Origin: Amoebophrya sp. A120
Taxonomy: Eukaryota > Protista > Dinoflagellata
DNA length: 64,000 bases
Assembly: GCA_905178155.1 (NCBI GenBank)
Contig: CAJINV010000010.1
Span: 3,058,587 to 3,122,586 of the forward strand
Direction: 5' to 3'
Shown: positions 60,001-64,000 of the stretch, in pieces
How the letters are laid out: each line of letters begins with the position of its first letter
Numbering within the stretch: the first letter of the stretch is position 1
Notes under the pieces: generated by a model
Seen by the model: only the letters and a program-made list of their open reading frames with translations
Told to the model about the DNA's origin: nothing
The model's database searches: none
Made by a program: the position numbers and the translations under genes

Positions 60001-62167
60001 TTCAAATGCATCCCATTCCGTGCTTCCGCCGCCGCCGCATTCGGAGTCGAACTCGCCGACGACGACGACGCGGTGGAGGGAATGATCTCCGGCGGTCTAC
60101 TTGCTGGCCCCGCCCCGACCATCGCGGTGAACCCGGTGCTGCCCGGAGATAACGTACCACTAACGACTCGTTGGTGGTCTTGCAATTGGTCATCTCCTAC
60201 AGCAGGTTGTGCCGGAGGGTGTTGCGCGATTGCAGGAGTAGAGCCAAGACTTGAAGATGTTCTTCCCCTACTCCGATGTTGCAGCGGACTGCTCGAGTGG
60301 GCAGGGGAGGAAACTGAATTTTGCTGACTGGAGTTATTTGTTCCAGTGTAATGCGGTTCCAGCAACGCGGCAAATTGCACCGGCTCGATGTCCTTTGTTT
60401 CCCATTCATATTCACTCACCCTCTATGGAATGCAAATATGTCTGGGTCTGGAAGATTCTGAGACTTGTGATGCAGGTTTTGCATGAGTCATGACTTCTGT
60501 GATGCGTGCCCTAGCATCACAGATTTTTGGAGGGCGTCTTGATGCCTACTCCGCATGACAAATGGCCTCTCCGCGTAGCAAAAATCACATTTTTCCCTTT
60601 GCTGCTCATGCAATACAGATTTTTTTGCAATCCAAATGCAGCATCACAAGTTGCATTCTTCCAGACCCAGACATTTTTGCAAGGCATACCCTTGTCACCC
60701 GCCGGAGCATCTGGTGTCCCTTCTTCAGTGCGAAGGGGCCCACGTATGCATTGCAAAAGTATCGTACTCGTATAAATGCATTACAAATTACCTTCGCATG
60801 ACAAGTGAAATTTGTCATGCTGTTTTGCCTTGGTATGGAGATTTGTAATGCATACTTGCAATTACTACGAGTACGATACTTTTGCACAGGATACCACGAG
60901 CACGCCGTTGACTTCCAATAATTCGTAGATCTTCGGCTTCAATTTCGACGGCGCACAGGACCCCAGGTAGATGCGGTCATAGCGGGCGGGTGAATTTTTC
61001 GTCTTGAGTTGGAATATGTTCGCCTTGAAAAATTGGATTTTGCTGTTTGTCAACATGCTGGTCGTTGTTGTGCTAGTACTGCTTCTACCGGCATGAAGAT
61101 CCTCGACGCACGATGAGCCTCCAGCGACTACATTGCAACAACTCGTCGGAAAGATTTTCTGGATTCTTTGCTCCGCGTACTGAATGGTGCTTGACCAGAT
61201 GTCGATTCCATGGTTCAGACACAGCCTCTCGTCCTCGGGGTCGAGAATGTTGGCCATGATGCAGTTGAAATACCCGGTCCCGGACCCGATGTTCAGGAAA
61301 TTCATGTTTTTCTTCAGTGTATCAAATGTAAAAGTGTCTTGGTCTGGAAGATTGCCAGGTTTGTCATGCACATTTTGCATGACTCCTGATGTCTGTGATG
61401 CATGCCCTAGCATCACAGATTTTGTGAGGGCTTCCTGATGCCTATACCGCATGACAAATGCTCTTTCCGTGTAGCAAAACTTGGACTCTCTTTGCTACTC
61501 ATGCAATACAGATTTTTTTAGAATCCAAAATCAGCATGACAAGTTGGATTCTTCCAGACCCAGACATTTTTACAGTTGATACAGTGGCAACAGGTTTTCC
61601 AGCACCTTCGCGTACATGGGCGGCGCGGAGATGTGGATCAAGCCATCGCGCAACGGGAGAAGCGAGTAGCACTGGTCTTTCTCCGACTCTGGCACGAAGT
61701 GGCACCGGTCGACCGACCGAAACGCGGTTTCGATCAATTTGGTCTGAATCGTCTTCTCGGAGACCATCAAGGAGACCATCTCATCATTCGTATGAATTGC
61801 AAAAATGTCTGGGTCTGGAAGATTCTGAGAGTTGTCATGCACATTTTACATGGGCCATGATGTCTGTAATGCATGCCGTAGCATCACAGACTTTCCGAGG
61901 GCTTCGCGATGCCTATTCCGCATGACAAATGCCCTCTCCGCATAGCCAAAATTGCATTACCTTTGCTGGTCACGCAATACAGATTTTTTTGGAATCCAAA
62001 TGCAGCATCACAACTTCGGATTCTTCCAGACCCAGACATTTTTGCATTTGATAATTCGTCTTGGCCATTAAAACGCTGTCCTCTTCGGAATTATTGTCGA
62101 ACATCTGGCCGGGCCGGGTCCGCATGGCCTGCGGGTTTTGGAGAAGATAACGGACGACTGCGTCCAT
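54048..62167 (-). CDS. Protein-L-isoaspartate O-methyltransferase-like (PCMTD-like) N-terminal domain plus ~2100-aa low-complexity tail
   Basis: AFRSVDRCHFVP, HISAPPMYAKVLENL, FLNIGSGTGY, NHGIDI, YDRIYLG, LLEVNGVLV split by 4 introners, then ORF 54048-60419. Confidence 0.85.
60424..60688. mobile_element. Introner family A
   Basis: DR CCCTC/CCCTT. Confidence 0.9.
60745..60893. mobile_element. Introner family B
   Basis: DR CCACG/CCACG. Confidence 0.93.
61320..61581. mobile_element. Introner family A
   Basis: DR CAGTG/CAGTG. Confidence 0.93.
61791..62053. mobile_element. Introner family A
   Basis: DR ATTCG/ATTCG. Confidence 0.93.
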
Positions 62168-64000
62168 TGTTGGTGTGACAGGTGGAGTGACGGTGCTTGC
62201 TATCTGAAGTCAGAACCTATGTGGCCTCCTTCTTCAATAACACAGTACTCTATATGACACAAGTGCAAGAACATGCAGTGCTAGTGGTTGACTTTGTTAC
62301 ATCAACAAAAACTCAAAAGAAAGAAGAAGACCGTAACATCAAGCTGCGCGACGACCACATAGTATGGAAATAAGAAGACACAACTGACAGTGCTGCTAGT
62401 ACCTTTACTTACGTAAAACTTAAACTATATATTGTCAAAATCCTATACAACATTCATGCGCATGTGGGTAGAGCAAAAAATAGACGAGGGTATGGAGTTC
62501 CTGGATGAGAGTAAATAAAAGTTCACGTCGGAGTCTGTTGACGATTTTTTCCTTCAAAATTCTGCACGAAATGTTGCTGCATATGGTTGCACGAAAGAGG
62601 CATCTGAAACTTGCCTTGTTGGTTGCACGACATGTTTGCTTCGGCCACACCGACGTGTTTGCGGCGCATGATCAGCTGCACGACTACGATGCTGTTGCTT
62701 GCACGACCAGAATTGCTATATATCGCTTTCGTCACCTCGCAAAAAAGTACATACTTAAAAAACCGACTTGTCTTTGAGTTTGATTTCAACAACCTGCTCA
62801 CTCGCTCAAATCAACAGCAGGAAAACTTCTTTACCGACACAGCTTTCAGTTTTAGTGTTTTGTTTGTCTTTATCAGATGAAATATCAATTGCGCCGCGAG
62901 CGTAACGCCAACGTAAAAAGAATCAGGCATCAAAACAAAACAAAGACCGACGAAAAATAAACCCGACTTCTCTTTCTGTATAACGATCATCAACACGATA
63001 AGATAGAAGCCCATCCGGTGTGCATCTTCATGATGTCGTCTAGGGCTGCAAACAGAAAGAAGGCATCTCTGTGTCTGTGCGCGAATCGCTTTCATAAATT
63101 TTTTTTTTTTTATACTAGAACGACTATAAACCGTAATAAAAGAGTAGTAGATCAGCTCCTGATTATTGGAATTTGAGAAAGTCAAGACGCTGCTCCGCTT
63201 CTCCTCCACTGCAGTTTAACGATTCCAACATGCGCTTCCAGACTTGCACCACAGCACCGGGAGCCCTATCCAGTGTAGTTTTAGCAAGCCGAGGCTCCTC
63301 TTCCTCGTAGTCCGCTTTCACGTCCTCCTTCCACGCTCGGGACGACATAGCCAGAGTGCCCCCCTTCCTGCTGCGCAAGGAAAGCGAACACTCAAGAGGC
63401 GAATGAAGTACCTTGGTGGAATCCCCACTGCCTCTGCATGTCGTTGCGGCTATGCCTCTGTACCTTTTTCTCTCCTGTGCTCTGAGGTCCAAGCTGACTA
63501 GCCGAAAAGGGAAAGACAAGGCAGGCATCATCATCAGCGAGGAGCAACAGTAGCTGAAAAACGAAGTGAGAGCTGTCATGACAAGTAAAGAGCACTCGTC
63601 GTCGCAGTCTGTCATCTGAAAGCTTTCCATAGATCCAAAATCTTGATAGAGGAGACGGATATTAGACCCAGAAAATGCATGCAAACAGATAAACATATGA
63701 CAGCTCTCACTTGTTTTTCGTCCGTGTAGCCATTTTTCGTTGGGGAAAAAGATAAATTTTGGCGCTTTACTCTTATATAATTGCGCAATCTAATCTTACC
63801 CTTACTTCACTTTACTTTCCTTACTTTTGCATGCAAACTTCTCTTTCTATTTTTTGTTTTTTGGAAAGGATTGAGGTCATCAGGGGCATCCGGGGTGGTG
63901 TGTCATCAATGCGCCAAGAAGCAGCAACACCACTTCCCATGAATCGCTTTCATAAATAAACAAGCAAGGATGCTCTCGTCAGCACAAGGGGCTGCGCCGG

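Noticed and set aside
54200-60327. Long plus-strand ORFs (54826-55962, 59500-60327 etc.)
   Set aside because: Antisense shadows of the low-complexity minus-strand CDS.
163-62053. Recurring peptides in the ORF track (CKNVWVWK, LPDPDIF, QKYRTRSN, CIAKVSY) as a repeated protein domain
   Set aside because: They are translations of introner TIRs in various frames, not coding sequence.
163-62053. CRISPR array or prokaryotic REP/IS interpretation of the dispersed repeats
   Set aside because: No regular repeat-spacer period and no cas or transposase genes; eukaryotic gene content and frame-restoring removal.
63721-63740. TCCGTGTAGCCATTTTT resembling the dinoflagellate spliced leader (DCCGTAGCCATTTTGGCTCAAG)
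   Set aside because: Needs a 2-nt insertion and lacks GGCTCAAG; compatible with chance.
62200-64000. ORFs 62811-63209 and 63163-63696
   Set aside because: No recognisable homology; may be UTR or the end of a gene outside the window.

Overview
Eukaryotic (protist) genomic DNA. All recognisable host genes lie on the minus strand: a very large unknown protein, two small Cys-rich paralogs, a multi-C2HC zinc-finger protein, a 6-TM voltage-gated K+ channel, a PHO80/cyclin-U-type cyclin and a PCMT/PCMTD-like methyltransferase. The dominant feature is about 49 short (110-520 nt) non-GT-AG inserts interrupting these genes. Nearly all start TAT and end ATA, and carry terminal inverted repeats (at least 9 TIR families), a 5-nt flanking direct repeat and multiple GCAT(G/C/T)ACAA boxes. 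At the junctions I translated, removing the insert plus one direct repeat restored the reading frame. This matches the inverted-repeat 'introner' non-canonical introns described in the parasitic dinoflagellate Amoebophrya (organism assignment is inference). A local duplication provides an empty/filled site pair showing the 5-nt repeat is a target-site duplication. The window also holds a full-length but frameshifted Ty1/copia LTR retrotransposon (34302-42508, TSD ATAAG) with a UGA-CUA gag/pol junction and a nested 1.8-kb TIR element. Coordinates were counted by eye.
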